Positions 40,561 to 52,442 of a stretch of DNA of 64,000 nt are shown piece after piece. Made by a program: the position numbers and the translations under genes. The notes beneath the pieces were generated by a model. That model did not search any database, was not told where the DNA came from, and was given only the letters and a program-made list of their open reading frames with translations. Positions within the stretch are counted from its first letter, which is position 1. Each line of letters begins with the position of its first letter. The stretch is from Sphaerodactylus townsendi (taxonomy: Eukaryota): positions 5,022,001 to 5,086,000 of the forward strand of contig NC_059427.1 in NCBI RefSeq assembly GCF_021028975.2, read 5' to 3'.

Positions 40561-43137
40561 AAGACTCACTTAGGTCTTGCAAACTGAGGGTTGTGGTAAT
40601 TGGGTCAATCTCATGTTGGGTCTTTCTTTTTTCCTGCTGCCTTCAACATTTCCTAGCATTATTGTCTTTTCCAGCAACTCCTGTCTTCTCATAGCATGAC
40701 CAAAATATGATAGTAGTCATATTAGATTCATATTAGCAGTCAAATTAGAAAAACCAGTGTGGTATAGTGGTTAAGAGTAGACTCTAATCTGAAGAACCGA
40801 GTTTGATTCCCCACTCCTCCACATAAGCAGAGGACTTTTATCTGGAGAACTAGATTTGTTTCCCCACTTCTACACTGCTGCTGGATTACCTTGGGATATT
40901 CTTTGGAGGCAGATGGGAAGCCTGGCAGAAGGGCGGATTGGCACTGCTTATTGACTGGGCCTGGGCACCAAGGCACCACTGGTTTGGCAGGTTGCCTTGC
41001 CTATTGGGGGTTGGGGGGAAGCAGGAGGGTGGTGGCAACCCAGTAGAGAGGCAGGCATCAAGGCACTGCTGCTGCAGCAGGTCATTATGGTGAGTCCTGC
41101 ATGCCCATTGGCTGGGGGGTTTGTCCTTGGACATTCCATCTCTTAGGGAATTATGTGTCAGATGTTCTTTATAAGACAGCTCACTAAAAGATTACTGAGC
41201 TTTTGATTGAAAGATTGCACATTAGCAGTGAAGAGGAGATGATTAAAAAACTTCTCATGGGAGGTAACTCCTCAATTACAGTCCAGACTGCAAAATATCA
41301 TGCAATATTACTCAGAGCTTGATGACTTCCATGAATTAATCCTGTAGATTTCCTGTTCTACTTGATTTAACTTTATTGTAACTCAGTTTATATGATTAGG
41401 TTTTGTTCTTTTTTTTAATTGACAAAAAGCTGTAAATAAATCTTCTCTTATTCCAGCTTTCAGGAGTCAAAGCTCACTTCGTCAGATGCTAGACATGACA
41501 AAGTCATATGAGCTTTGAAACCATATGCTTCTGGAAAATGTTATTGGTCTTTAAGGTGTTACCAGACTCAAATTTTGTTATGAAGTGAAGGTACAGTTGC
41601 TTTTATTACACTACCTTTTCCTTGTAATCTACTTCCTGTATTGTTTATAGCATTCCTGCTTTAGTTTGTAGTTCTCCCATTCAGTAATCCTAGTTCTACT
41701 GCATTGTTCATTGGTTGTTTTATGAAGGCCCTTTCAGCAGAAACCTTTTGAAATGAAATGTTTTGAGGCAGGAAATAAAACGTTCCCTCCATGGAGTTCT
41801 GCATTGTTTTTACCCCAAAACGTTTTATTTGTGGCTTCAAAACATTTTAAATGAATGTCCTTTTTAAAAGATTATTTGGTTGGAATGTTTTGAAAATGTC
41901 TTCAGTTGCCTGTGCAATCTCTTTAAGATGTTTCCCATGCCTCTGTGCTGTTCCCAGATTTCCTCCTGAGCCCCATTTTCTGAGCTCACTCCGTTTCCCC
42001 TTGCCTGTTTATTTGAACTATTTCTGTTTATTTTTTTATTAGGTGGGGGATTAGTCTTCAAAACATTGAGTATGTGAGGTGCAGAGAACTCTGTTTGGAT
42101 TCCTTAGACTGAACTTCCTTCTACATTCTAAGCATTTACATTGTTATGTACAACAGCTGGATGGCACTGTCAAGTTTTGGATCAACCACAAGATTATCTC
42201 CCAGACTTTCCAGTGCCAGTTGGCATTCTATACGAGAGGAAAGGACTGCAGGAAATGACGTAACTCATTTGCATCCTATCTAATTGGAATTCCAATGGTT
42301 AAATGAATACTGTAACTTAAACTGTGATATGATGAAATCTGAGGCAAGTTATATTTTAAGAGAGCTGAAAGCACCCAGAGACAGTTACAGCATATGCCAT
42401 TCTGGTTCTCCTGTCCATTCTCTCCTCAAGTAGACATTTTATTTAAGTGGGAGAAAAGACAACATTTAAAGGTCACAAATTAGCAAAATACAGATAACAG
42501 TACAAATAAAAATGTGTCTTCCTACAATGTCTTCCTTTTAGAGATATCACATTAACCACTTCTATGTCACCATTCAGTTTATTCTTATAATTCTGTAATC
42601 CCTATAAATAAAGAACAGGCTCCACCATGTACTCAACGTGTGTGTATGTGAACTGCCGTAAAGTCACAGCCAACTTCTGGTAACCCCAGCAAGAGGCTTT
42701 CAAGAGAAGTGAGTAGTAGAGAAGATTTGCTATTGCCTTCCTCTGCAAAGTCTTCTTTGGAGGTCTCCCCTTCCAAGTACCGCTTAGTTTCCAACATCTG
42801 ATGCAATCGGGCTACACCATGTTGAAGCGTTACGAGCAAAAACTACCAGAGCATGGCCACACAGCCCAGAAAACCCACCTGAAGGACGTTCAGAATGAGC
42901 AACTCTTTGTGCTACACATATTTTCTCTGATGCAGACTCTACAATATGAAATGAGAATTCTGCTCACTCCAATGCTCTGCCCATACTAAAGGATTTACAG
43001 GTATGGTCACTAATGTTAATTCTCAAATTTCAGAGCTGATGTATCATACAAGCTCCCAAACAGCCTGAGCATTTAGACAACCTACCCATTCAAATATTTT
43101 ATTCACGGACAAGACCTTTCCCCAAGGCTAAATTGAT

Positions 43138-44570
43138 CTATTGTTTTTGCCTAGTGTGAATAAGTTCATGTCTCATAAGGTTTGAGTGTTGGCTGAAGCA
43201 AGACCCACATTCCTGGCATTTAAATGGCTTCTCCCCCGTGTGGATTAGTTGATGTCTAAGAAGGTTTGAGTTGTGATTGAAGCAACTTCGGCATTCCAGG
43301 CATTGATATGGTTTCTTCTTGTTTTGGGTCCTAGGCTTGCTTTGGTTCTCACTGAAGCCCTTTTTACATCCCCCCGTACATGTATTTTTATGTCTCCTAA
43401 GAGTTACACTGTGACTGAAGTTTTTCCCACAATCCAGGCATTTAAAGGGTTTCACATCTTTGTGGATTTTTTGATGATTCATAAGCCTTTCACCCAGACT
43501 AAAGCTCCTTCCACATTCCAAGCATTTGTATGGTTTTTCTCCTTTGTGAAGGAGTTGATGTTTTATGAAGTTTGCTTTCGTTGTGAACTTTTTTCCACAT
43601 TCTGAACATTCATGCAATTTCTCTCCAGTGTGTATTCTTCGATGCATAGCAAGACTTGAGGTATGCCTAAAGCTCTTTCCACATTCCAAACATGCATATG
43701 GTTTGTCACCTGTGTGGGTACTTTGATGCATTGTGAGGTTTGTACTAGTGATAAAACTCTTTCCACATTCTAAACATTTATATGGTTTTTCACCTGTGTG
43801 GGTTCTTTGATGCATAATGAGATTTTTACTCTGTGTAAAGCTCTTTCCACAATCCAGACAGGTGTAAGGTTTCTCTCCTGTGTGAATTAGTTGATGTCTA
43901 ATGAGGGTTGTACTTTGCACAAAGCTCTTTCCACACTGTAAACATTTATACGGTTTTTCACCAGTGCGGTTTCTTTGCTGTTGGCTGTGGCTGAAGGTAT
44001 TTGCAGGCTTGTGGAGTAGATACAGTTGTTCTTTTGCATGAATTTTTTGATGTCTAACAAGGCACGATCTTACAATAAACCTCTTTCCACATTCCAAACA
44101 TATATAGGGTTTCTCTCCTGTGTGGATTCTTTGATGCACAATGAGGTATGCACTATATGCAAACGTCTTTCCACATTCAAAACATTCATATTGTTTCTCC
44201 CCAGTGTGGGTTCTTTGGTGTACCCTAAGAGCTGAGCTCTGACTGAATCTCTTTCCACACTGCAAGCAGTCATATGGTTTCTCCCCTGTGTGGATATTCC
44301 AGTGTGTTTTAAGGTTTGGTATACTAGCAAAGCTTTTCCCACAACTAGAACATTCAATCCTTCTCTTTCCTTCCTGTACAGCTTCATGGTAGTTACCTTT
44401 GTGATAAACAATAGATTTATTGTTTCCTTTATCCAGCTGGTTTCCCTCCTGGTTTTCTGGGACATCATGATTTCCTTTCACTTCTAGGTTTGTGTCACTT
44501 TCCTCCAATACCTGATGAGTTTCGTTTTCATTAGCTGTGTCCCATGGATCTCTAGTTGAAACAGAGAACC
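43138..44570 (-). CDS. Gene E exon 3: C2H2 zinc-finger array
   Basis: 488-aa ORF. Acceptor TTTTATCAG|GG TTC TCT (phase 1). Ends RQKQ*. Confidence 0.92.
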
Positions 44571-45394
44571 CTGATAAAAATTTAAAGAAGAAATGGAAGG
44601 TCACATAAGGAATGGAGTCAAGTGAAGCAATTCAAACTCCTGTGGAGAATTATAGAATACACATGCTATGTCTGTGAGGGCACCCCTTCAAACTTTGGTG
44701 GGAAGATGTTCCTGCCACTAGTGAGACAACTGATTAAGTGACAGCAATTAAAAATCCAAAAGGACATACTAGCTACCTAAGAATGTCATTAGAAACCCTT
44801 TCTCTGATGACATGATAGGAATAAGATGATGATGCCTTGTGTGGGAGCAAAACCAGCCATCTTGCTTTGCTCTAAAAAACCCCTTACAACCTCTCAGGTA
44901 ATAGGCTGCTTATTGGTTTGTCTCTCTTTCCCTCTGTTTTTCACTCAGATTAAAATTGCAAACATTGGAGATGAGGACTAGCAAAAAGCATTTGTTGTCA
45001 ACTGATACAAATACTGCCATACTTCATTGGTTCCTGATTTTGTTTCCTTGTGCCATCATTTCTCATATTTTACCACAACCTAAAAACCTGGAGATGGTCT
45101 CATGTCTCTCAGGACCACTCTGAGGCCTAGTCAGATATGATAACGCTGAGAAAGATCCATGCCCACACCAAAGGAAAGCCTCTGCTATTCTGAACAGACA
45201 ACACTGGCTAAATAAACTCAGTCTGCTTATTAAATATCAATAAGTGATATCACCACATGGGTCAATAATGACCCGGTATTTGCACCTTTACTTTTGTTAC
45301 AGGATACACTGTTCAATTTCCAAATACTTAGGAAACATTAACTATTCCGGGTTTTTCCCCTCTTCACTATCCTCCAGTCTGGAAAAATACTCAC

Positions 45395-45512
45395 TTTCAT
45401 CAGCTGTATTTTGGAAGAAAATATCTTTAGGTGGTATTCGTGGAGAAGCCTCTTGCATTTCTCTTGGATCATGGCCTTCCTGAAGAAAGTTCTTCTCTTT
45501 GAACTCTGTCAT
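45395..45512 (-). CDS. Gene E exon 2 coding part (MTEFKEKNFLQEGHDPREMQEASPRIPPKDIFFQNTADE); exon starts at ~45525
   Basis: Acceptor CTTCCAAG|, donor A|GTGAGT, 118 nt. An in-frame ATG lies 4 codons upstream. Confidence 0.8.
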
Positions 45513-46779
45513 GATCTTTTTCATCCTTGGAAGAAAGAGAAGACTGTTAAGAACCCCCCAAACCTCAGTTGCAGTTTCCACAAACACAGGAGATGCCGAA
45601 GAGGAGAAGAATGGGTGGGACACACAAGACAGCGGATACAGAATTAAGATCAGTACAGAGAAAATTCACCAGTGCAAAGAAAACTAGTGATGGGTGGTTT
45701 AAAAAGGGGATTGCCCAGATTCATGGAGACTAGAATTATCGGTGGTTACTAGCCATGGTGATGAATGGGAACCTGTCTAGAGGCAGTAAATTTCCAAATA
45801 CCAGTTCCAGGAGGCAACATCAGTGGGTCCCCCAGAGGAACTCTTTGGTCACTTTTTGAGAAAGGATACTGGATTAGATGGACCACTGGTCTGATCAGTA
45901 AGGCTCTTCTTCTTGTGTCCAATCTCTTTTGAGGAAAAGGAATTCTCAGATAGGGTCAACTGTGGGGCTGGCCTGGAAGAGATTTTGAAACTTCAGGTAG
46001 AACAGAATGCAGCAGGAAGGTACATTCAAAATGCTCCTTTTAATCTATAAAACATTACATGGCTTGAAACCAGTCTTTGCATATTGTCCTGTCTGTGAAA
46101 CCACATTCAATATGAATGGCCCTATCAACGGCCCTTCTTCATGCACTACCCCCCCCCCACACACACACAATTGGAAGAGGATGAAGGCTGTGGGATACTG
46201 GTCTTTTTCAGCCTAGCCCCTCAACTTTGCTTTCCCCTTTCCCTATCAGCTAGTCCTTTGATGATTAAAAAACCCGTGAGAAGGCTAAACTACAAATGCA
46301 GTAAATAAAATAAATAGTATGCAGGGTTACAACAGTGTAAGTCCATTGTGCAATGCAGCTAGATTAGAGTCCAGTAGCACTGTGGAGACCAACAAGAATG
46401 TTGTGGTATAAACTTTCCAGAATTTCAGCTCCTTTTGTCAAATACAAATCAGAATTGATATAGGGTCAGCTTGAGAACCAGTGTGATGCAGGTTTGATTC
46501 CCCACTCCTCCCAGACTCTAATTTGGTGAACTGGATTTGTATCCACAGGAAGCCTGCTGGGTGACCTTGGGCCAGTCACAGTTCTCTCAGAACTCTCAGT
46601 CCCACCTACCTCACAAGCTGTCCGTTGTGGGGAGAGGAAGGGAAGGAGTTTGTAAGCTGCTTTGAGTCTCCTTATAGGAGAGAAAGGTGGGATATAAATC
46701 CAAACTCTTCTTCTTGAGTTCATTCACAAATTCAAAACAATGCCCCTCCGCCCAGGACTGAACAGGGACATAGGACTGA

Positions 46780-47020
46780 GTGCTCTGGGTTTTCTGCAAT
46801 GTGTGTCTGTGGTCTGGTAGTTTTTGCTCCTAATGTTTTACTTGCATCTATGGCCGGCATCTTCAGAGAGAAACATATCTTACTATGACATTCCTCTGAA
46901 AATGCCAGCCACAGATGTGGGCGAAATGTTATGAGCAAAAACTACCAGACCACAGACACACAGCCAGGAAAGCCCACAACACCCAGTTGGTTCCAGCTGT
47001 GAAAGCCTTCAACAATACAT
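46780..47020. mobile_element. Penelope-derived fold-back element with two decayed hammerheads (further remnants at ~42820-42880, 50227-50350, 61161-61310)
   Basis: GGCATCTTCAGAG ... CCTCTGAAAATGCCAGCCACAGATGTGGGCGAAATGTTA and GTGAAAGCCTTCAACAATAC. Confidence 0.75.
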
Positions 47021-47873
47021 TGGACACTGGATTCTCAACTCTCTGGAGGTGCTAATTTTCTGTCCCCAAACCTTTCCCCTCTGCTTTAATTAGGCAGATT
47101 ACAAGGTGAATCACCCCTCGCACTTTCTAACCGGGGTATTAGGATCAGAGAGATGAAATACTTGGGGGCGGAAAAACAATATCTGAAGAGAGACAAGAAT
47201 CCAATGCCCTCATTCCAACTTGGCAAGTTCAGCCGTCTCACCTTGTAACCTCCATGCCAACAGCAGCACCCCCTCGCTCAGCAGACATTTTGGGCAGGGG
47301 ATACAAAACAAGAGGTTCAAAGGGCCAACAAATGCAGACGATGCATTCCTGCCCCACTTAATCAGCTAAATTTGGGAATTCCAAAAACTGAGATCCACGT
47401 TACTTTATAGCAAAAATGTAAAACAAAAAATATCCCACGGTATTTGTCATTAAGTTCAGCAAAATAGCACAACCAAGCTTTGGAGAGGTTTTTTGTTTGT
47501 TTGTTTAGTATGCAAAAGGACGCACGATTCTTTCACATACTGAGGATCTCAGTGCCTCTTTATCCTGGGCAGGATTACATCCTGAACACCCCGTTTTTTA
47601 GGGGAGCCTTCCTGGCCATTGCTCCCTCTTTAAATTCTTCCTCAGTAAATGTTTCACCATTTTCCTCTCCTTTCCCCTCCCTCCTTTCAGCTACAAATAG
47701 GAGTAGCAGGAATCACATGCAAGGAAGGATGAATTTATCTTCTCCCTACCCCCACTTATTTCTGCAGCTGTATATCTTTCCTGCTCCCCCTTCTCTCTGC
47801 TTAGGATCTTGAATTGGAGAGCACAACCCCCCCCCCCCACCCTTTCCTCCCTCCCAAGCCCCTTTTAGCTCAC

Positions 47874-48072
47874 CAGTTCCTTTTCAGACTCCTAAGCATC
47901 AAACAGAAGCTGCTTTGCTTTGGGCAGGCAGGAAATGGTAATAGGTGGATTTCCCAGGACATTCCCACCCTCCTTCCCACCTCTCTTCTCCCCCCCCCCC
48001 CACCCCCCCAATGCCCGTCTAGGGACTGCAGCTCAGTCTCTTTAACCCTTAGAGAGGCTCTCAAAACTTGAG
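47874..48072 (-). promoter_or_regulatory. Gene E putative non-coding exon 1 / core promoter block
   Basis: AAGGGTTAAAGAGACTGAGCTGCAGTCCCTAGAC ... GAACTG|GTGAGC. Confidence 0.6.
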
Positions 48073-48171
48073 CTCTTTGGAAACTGGAAAAAAAAAAGGA
48101 TGGTGGAGGGGAGGGAAATCTCATTCTAACTTACTTTCTCACCAACACTTGAGATTTCCCACCCACTGGTG

Positions 48172-48319
48172 CAGGGGTAGGGAACCTGCGGCTCTCCAAA
48201 TGTTCAGGAACTACAATTCCCATCAGCCCCTACCAGCATGGCCAATTGGCCATGCTGACAGAGGCTGATGGGAATTGTAGTTCCTGAACATCTGGAGAGC
48301 CGCAGGTTCCCTACCCCTG
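48172..48319. mobile_element. 148-bp near-perfect palindromic hAT MITE
   Basis: TIR CAGGGGTAGGGAACCTGCGGCTCTCC, perfect 8-bp TSD CACTGGTG. Confidence 0.92.
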
Positions 48320-49461
48320 CACTGGTGGCTCCTCAACATATGATAACAAATGAAAAGGTTTAGTAGAGCTACAAAAAGAAACAAAAAAGAACTTAACTTC
48401 ACCAAGGCAAAAGTACAAGAATGCAGGATATGTTACACTTAATGTGAAACATAAAAAATGCGTATACCCCCCCCCCCCCAAAGTGCATAAACAAGTGCAT
48501 ATAAAAACTCCATAACAGAATCACTGGTAATTCAACGGGTTTTAAGTCCAAAAGAATCTACAGGGTACTGGCGTAGGGTCCTGCATAACTTGCCACTGCT
48601 GGTTTTTGGAGGGGACGATTCGCGGCTCTTTTTTTCTTCTCCCGGGGAGCTCATGCATGAGAGAGACCCCCACCCCCAAAGGGTTTCAGTGGTGTGGAAG
48701 TGGGGATAACAAGACTCAAGGCAGAAATTGATGAATGGGGGGGGGGGCCAGAGAACTGCCTCTCCATCTTCCCCCTCCCCTCCCCTCCCCTGCTTCCATT
48801 TTTTCTTTAGCTTTGCAGTAAAATTGTGGCTCCTGCAGGCGGAAAGGAGGAAGAAATTGGAGTGAGGGCAACTGGAGTGGGAAGGAAGAAGAAGAAAGAA
48901 TTGATGTGGGCAGAGGCGTTCCTCCCATTGGGCAAAGTGGGCAGCTGCCCAGGGTGCCACCTTGTGCTGGGGCGCCAAAATTGCAGGTTCCTTTGTGGGG
49001 GATTTTGTATGTTCAGTGTTGTTTCCGTTTTTGGCCTGAAGGGGGCGCGGATTTTAGGCTAGCAGCACCAAAACTTCAGAGATTTTTGGGGAGACTCTCC
49101 TGATGATATGACCCGGGTTTGGCGAGGTTTGGTTTAGGGAGTCCAAAGTTATGGACTCCCAAAGGGAGTGCCCCCATCCCCCATTGTTTCCAATGGGAGC
49201 TAATAGGAGATGGTGGCTACATCTTTGAGGGTCCATAACTTTGGACTCCCTAAACCAAACCTCACCAAACCTGGGTGGTATCATCAGTAGGGTCTCACGA
49301 AGATACTCTGAAATTTTGGTGCTGCTATCTTAATAATTGCACCCCTGACAACAGGCACCCCCTAAATTTCCCCAGATTCTCTTTTTAAATCCACTCCTTT
49401 CCTGCCAATGCTTGTTTTCTTTCTTTCTTTTATTCTCTCAATGCCTAATAAAGGTGGTTGT

Positions 49462-49497
<36 letters not shown>

Positions 49498-50868
49498 TTG
49501 TTGTTTTAAACCTCATTGGAAATGATGTTGTTTGGGGGTGGATTCCAGCATCACTTGTTTAAATCCACCTTAAAGGGAGAATCTGGACTCCCCAGTTTAA
49601 ATAACATTGAAAGTGATGCTGTTTCCCCCGATTGGGGGGACTGGATACAACACCATAAAATGTTTTCATAGCAGTAATAAAACATTTTGAAAGCATTTTG
49701 AAAATGTTTCCCAAAAATTATTTCTGCTGTGTGGCATGGCCCATTGCTGTGTTCAGATTTGTGAGTTGGGGCATGTTCTATAATGTGATGGTGACTTTGA
49801 AACGACCTGGTGGAAAAAATCATTGTTTGGTCACGGTGGGGGAGGGCGGCCATCAAACTCAGGTTTTGCCCAGGGCTCCAGTTTGCCTAGATATGCCTCT
49901 GCTAACCATGGCTGACCTTGCTTAACTTCTGAGATCTGACAAGATCAGACTAGTCTGGGCCATCCTGGGCCATCTAGATCAGGGGGGAAAGTTGCTTTAC
50001 AACCTCCTAAGACTAAACCTGGAAATAATCAATTGTTTTTCAGAGAATGCAAAGTGGTTGGGGGAGATTTCACATTCCATTATGTACACACCTTTGGTCA
50101 AAGAAATTGTTTTATTTTGTTTGGCTGCCCTGAAGAGACAAAATTGTCTAAGATTGTATATTATCACAAATCTTAATATTCTGCAGTTCATACAAATGAA
50201 GATCAACATACGCAGCATTTTCATTTATTGTCAAAAGCTTTCACGGCTGGATTTCTAGCTGTGTACCCATAGTCTAGACTCTAGTAGCTCCCAGTAGCAA
50301 AAACTGCCAGACCACAGCCACATAGCCTGCAAAACTCACAACAGCCAGCTTCTATTTATTATGGTAATCTTTATTAACTGCCCCAGAAGGCTATAATGAT
50401 TGATGGTATCACAGCCACTGAGATCTCTGCAATAAAACTGGGGAGGACTCTGAGGCCCTCGGGGAAGAAAACAGCAATGCCAATGCAGACCTATGGACCC
50501 CCCAGAATTACATCTTATCTCCAAATTACAGAGATCAGATGCCCTACAGCCAATGGATGCTTTGGAATTTGGACCCCTTGACATCGTATCTCACTGAGAT
50601 CCCTGTCTTCCCCAGGCATCATCCCAAAATATCCAGGAGTTTCCCAATCTGGATCTAGTCACCCTGTTCCCCTCTGATGGCCAGTGGTGACCTGGCAACC
50701 CTATGGGGGGAAAAGTGGGGTATGAATGTCTCAATAAATTCAAATGCCTTTTCATGAGATGTTCTCTAAAGTATTTGTCCGGTGCAGGAAAAATTAAGAG
50801 GGAAGACTAGCAAAATTCATCCCAGCATCAGTTGTCATCAGCCAGATGCCTGAAATGCAATGCCTGTT

Positions 50869-51025
50869 AAGGGTTAAGGAGACTGAGCTGCAGTCCTAGA
50901 CTGGCATGGGGGGGGGAGGGAAGAAATAGCAGCCTTAAGTCATTTATTATGATCCCCTTCCTGCCCAAAGCAGGCTACCCTCTGTTTTCTCCCAAGGTGA
51001 TGCTCCAGGGGCTAGAAGGGAGCTG
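50869..51025 (+). promoter_or_regulatory. Gene F putative non-coding exon 1 / core promoter block
   Basis: AAGGGTTAAGGAGACTGAGCTGCAGTCCTAGAC ... GGAGCTG|GTAGGT on the + strand, matching F orientation. Confidence 0.6.
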
Positions 51026-51529
51026 GTAGGTCTGAAAGGGGGCTTTGGATGAAAAATGGGGTGATCTGGGGGAATAAGGGGGAGGGTCTATGGGTGTATG
51101 CAAAGCCCAAGGTAGAGGGAAATGAAATGAGAAAAGGCTGCAGAACTAGGGCTGCAGAACAGAGAAGATAAGCACCCTTCCTTCCCTGACTTCCCTTTAT
51201 TCCTTCCCTGAAAATGGCTCCAAGAGGCGCGCACTGTGGCTGAAAGAAGGAAATTGGAGTTGGGTTGTGCAGGGGTGGGGGAAAGGGAGAAAGTATTTGC
51301 ATCTGGCAGGAGGGGAGGGTACTGAGTTAGTGGCTGTCGATGCTTCCCAGCCAGAACAAAGCGACATCCTCATAGCCCAAAAGAGCATCACCTGGTATTA
51401 TTGTAACATGCAATTGAATGAAGAGTTCCTGAGTTCTCCCAAAGCTTGCTCTCCATGCTGTGTTTTTTCGGTTGACCCAAATAGTTCAAGCCAAGCAATG
51501 TCTTGCTATGAATTGTGCCTCAGGGGTAA

Positions 51530-52071
51530 TGTAACCTCTTTCTGTGGGTTCTGTGGGGCAGTACTTGGAAGGAGTTGCAAAGAACTAAATTTAAAACAAA
51601 ACAGTTTACTTCTCTTAACAAATAACACTTTTTAAACATTTAACATTAACACTTTACAGTCCCGCTAAGTTTGCATTTTCAAGTCCTTATATTTACAGTC
51701 TACTGATATTGCCAAGTCCAATTCTTCTTTGCTGGTGGTTGGCTTTTGAAGACTTCAGAGGCTTGGTGAACGGGATTCAAGATGATGAAGGTTCCCAGAA
51801 AACTCTCACCATTTACATACACAAAAACCCTGAAACAATGAATTCTAACATTTACAATATAGCAAAAAATATATATAAACAACTCCCTTCCCACTAGTTC
51901 CTAACAACATTGCAGTTACCTTAAACAAGGTGTTAAGGGCTTAATAAAATCAATCAAGGTCCCAGCCTGGTAGCCTCGCTTCCTCCAACCTCATGAGTTC
52001 TGCAGCCTTCTGCTTCTTTTCAGACTCCACCCCTTTCTGGGTCATCATCCCATTCTTACAAAAGGGTTGCA
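51530..52071 (-). mobile_element. Solo LTR, same family as 36583-37054
   Basis: TGTAAC...GTTGCA, 4-bp TSD GTAA, shared TTCTGTGGGTTCTGTGGGGCAG...GAGTTGCAAAGAAC. Confidence 0.85.
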
Positions 52072-52330
52072 GTAACAGAGAGGCTGCTGTTCATTTTTCT
52101 CCCATGCACCTTGATATACAGATCCTGTAGCTAAGGCATCAGAGTCTGCAAAGCATATTTGCCTTCCCCAAAGACACTTCCAGTTCATCTCTTCTTTGTG
52201 AGGGGATACAGATAATTTGTTTGCAACCAGTTCAGTTAAGGGGTGGATGGAAGGAGACATCTGCTGTGAGGAAATTGGGAGTGTGGTTTTGGGTTCTTAC
52301 AGTTTTTTTCTGTCTGCTATAGGTAAAAAG

Positions 52331-52442
52331 ATGATGACAGAGGCGAACTCTCAACAGGAAGGCCCGGGGTCAAAAAGAATGCCTGAAGATTCTCCAGGAG
52401 GATTGTCCAAGGGTATTTTCTTCCAAAATATGGATGATGAAA
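52331..52442 (+). CDS. Gene F exon 2 coding part (MMTEANSQQEGPGSKRMPEDSPGGLSKGIFFQNMDDE); exon starts at 52323
   Basis: Acceptor GCTATAG|GT, donor A|GTGAG, 112 nt (37 codons + 1). Confidence 0.78.
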
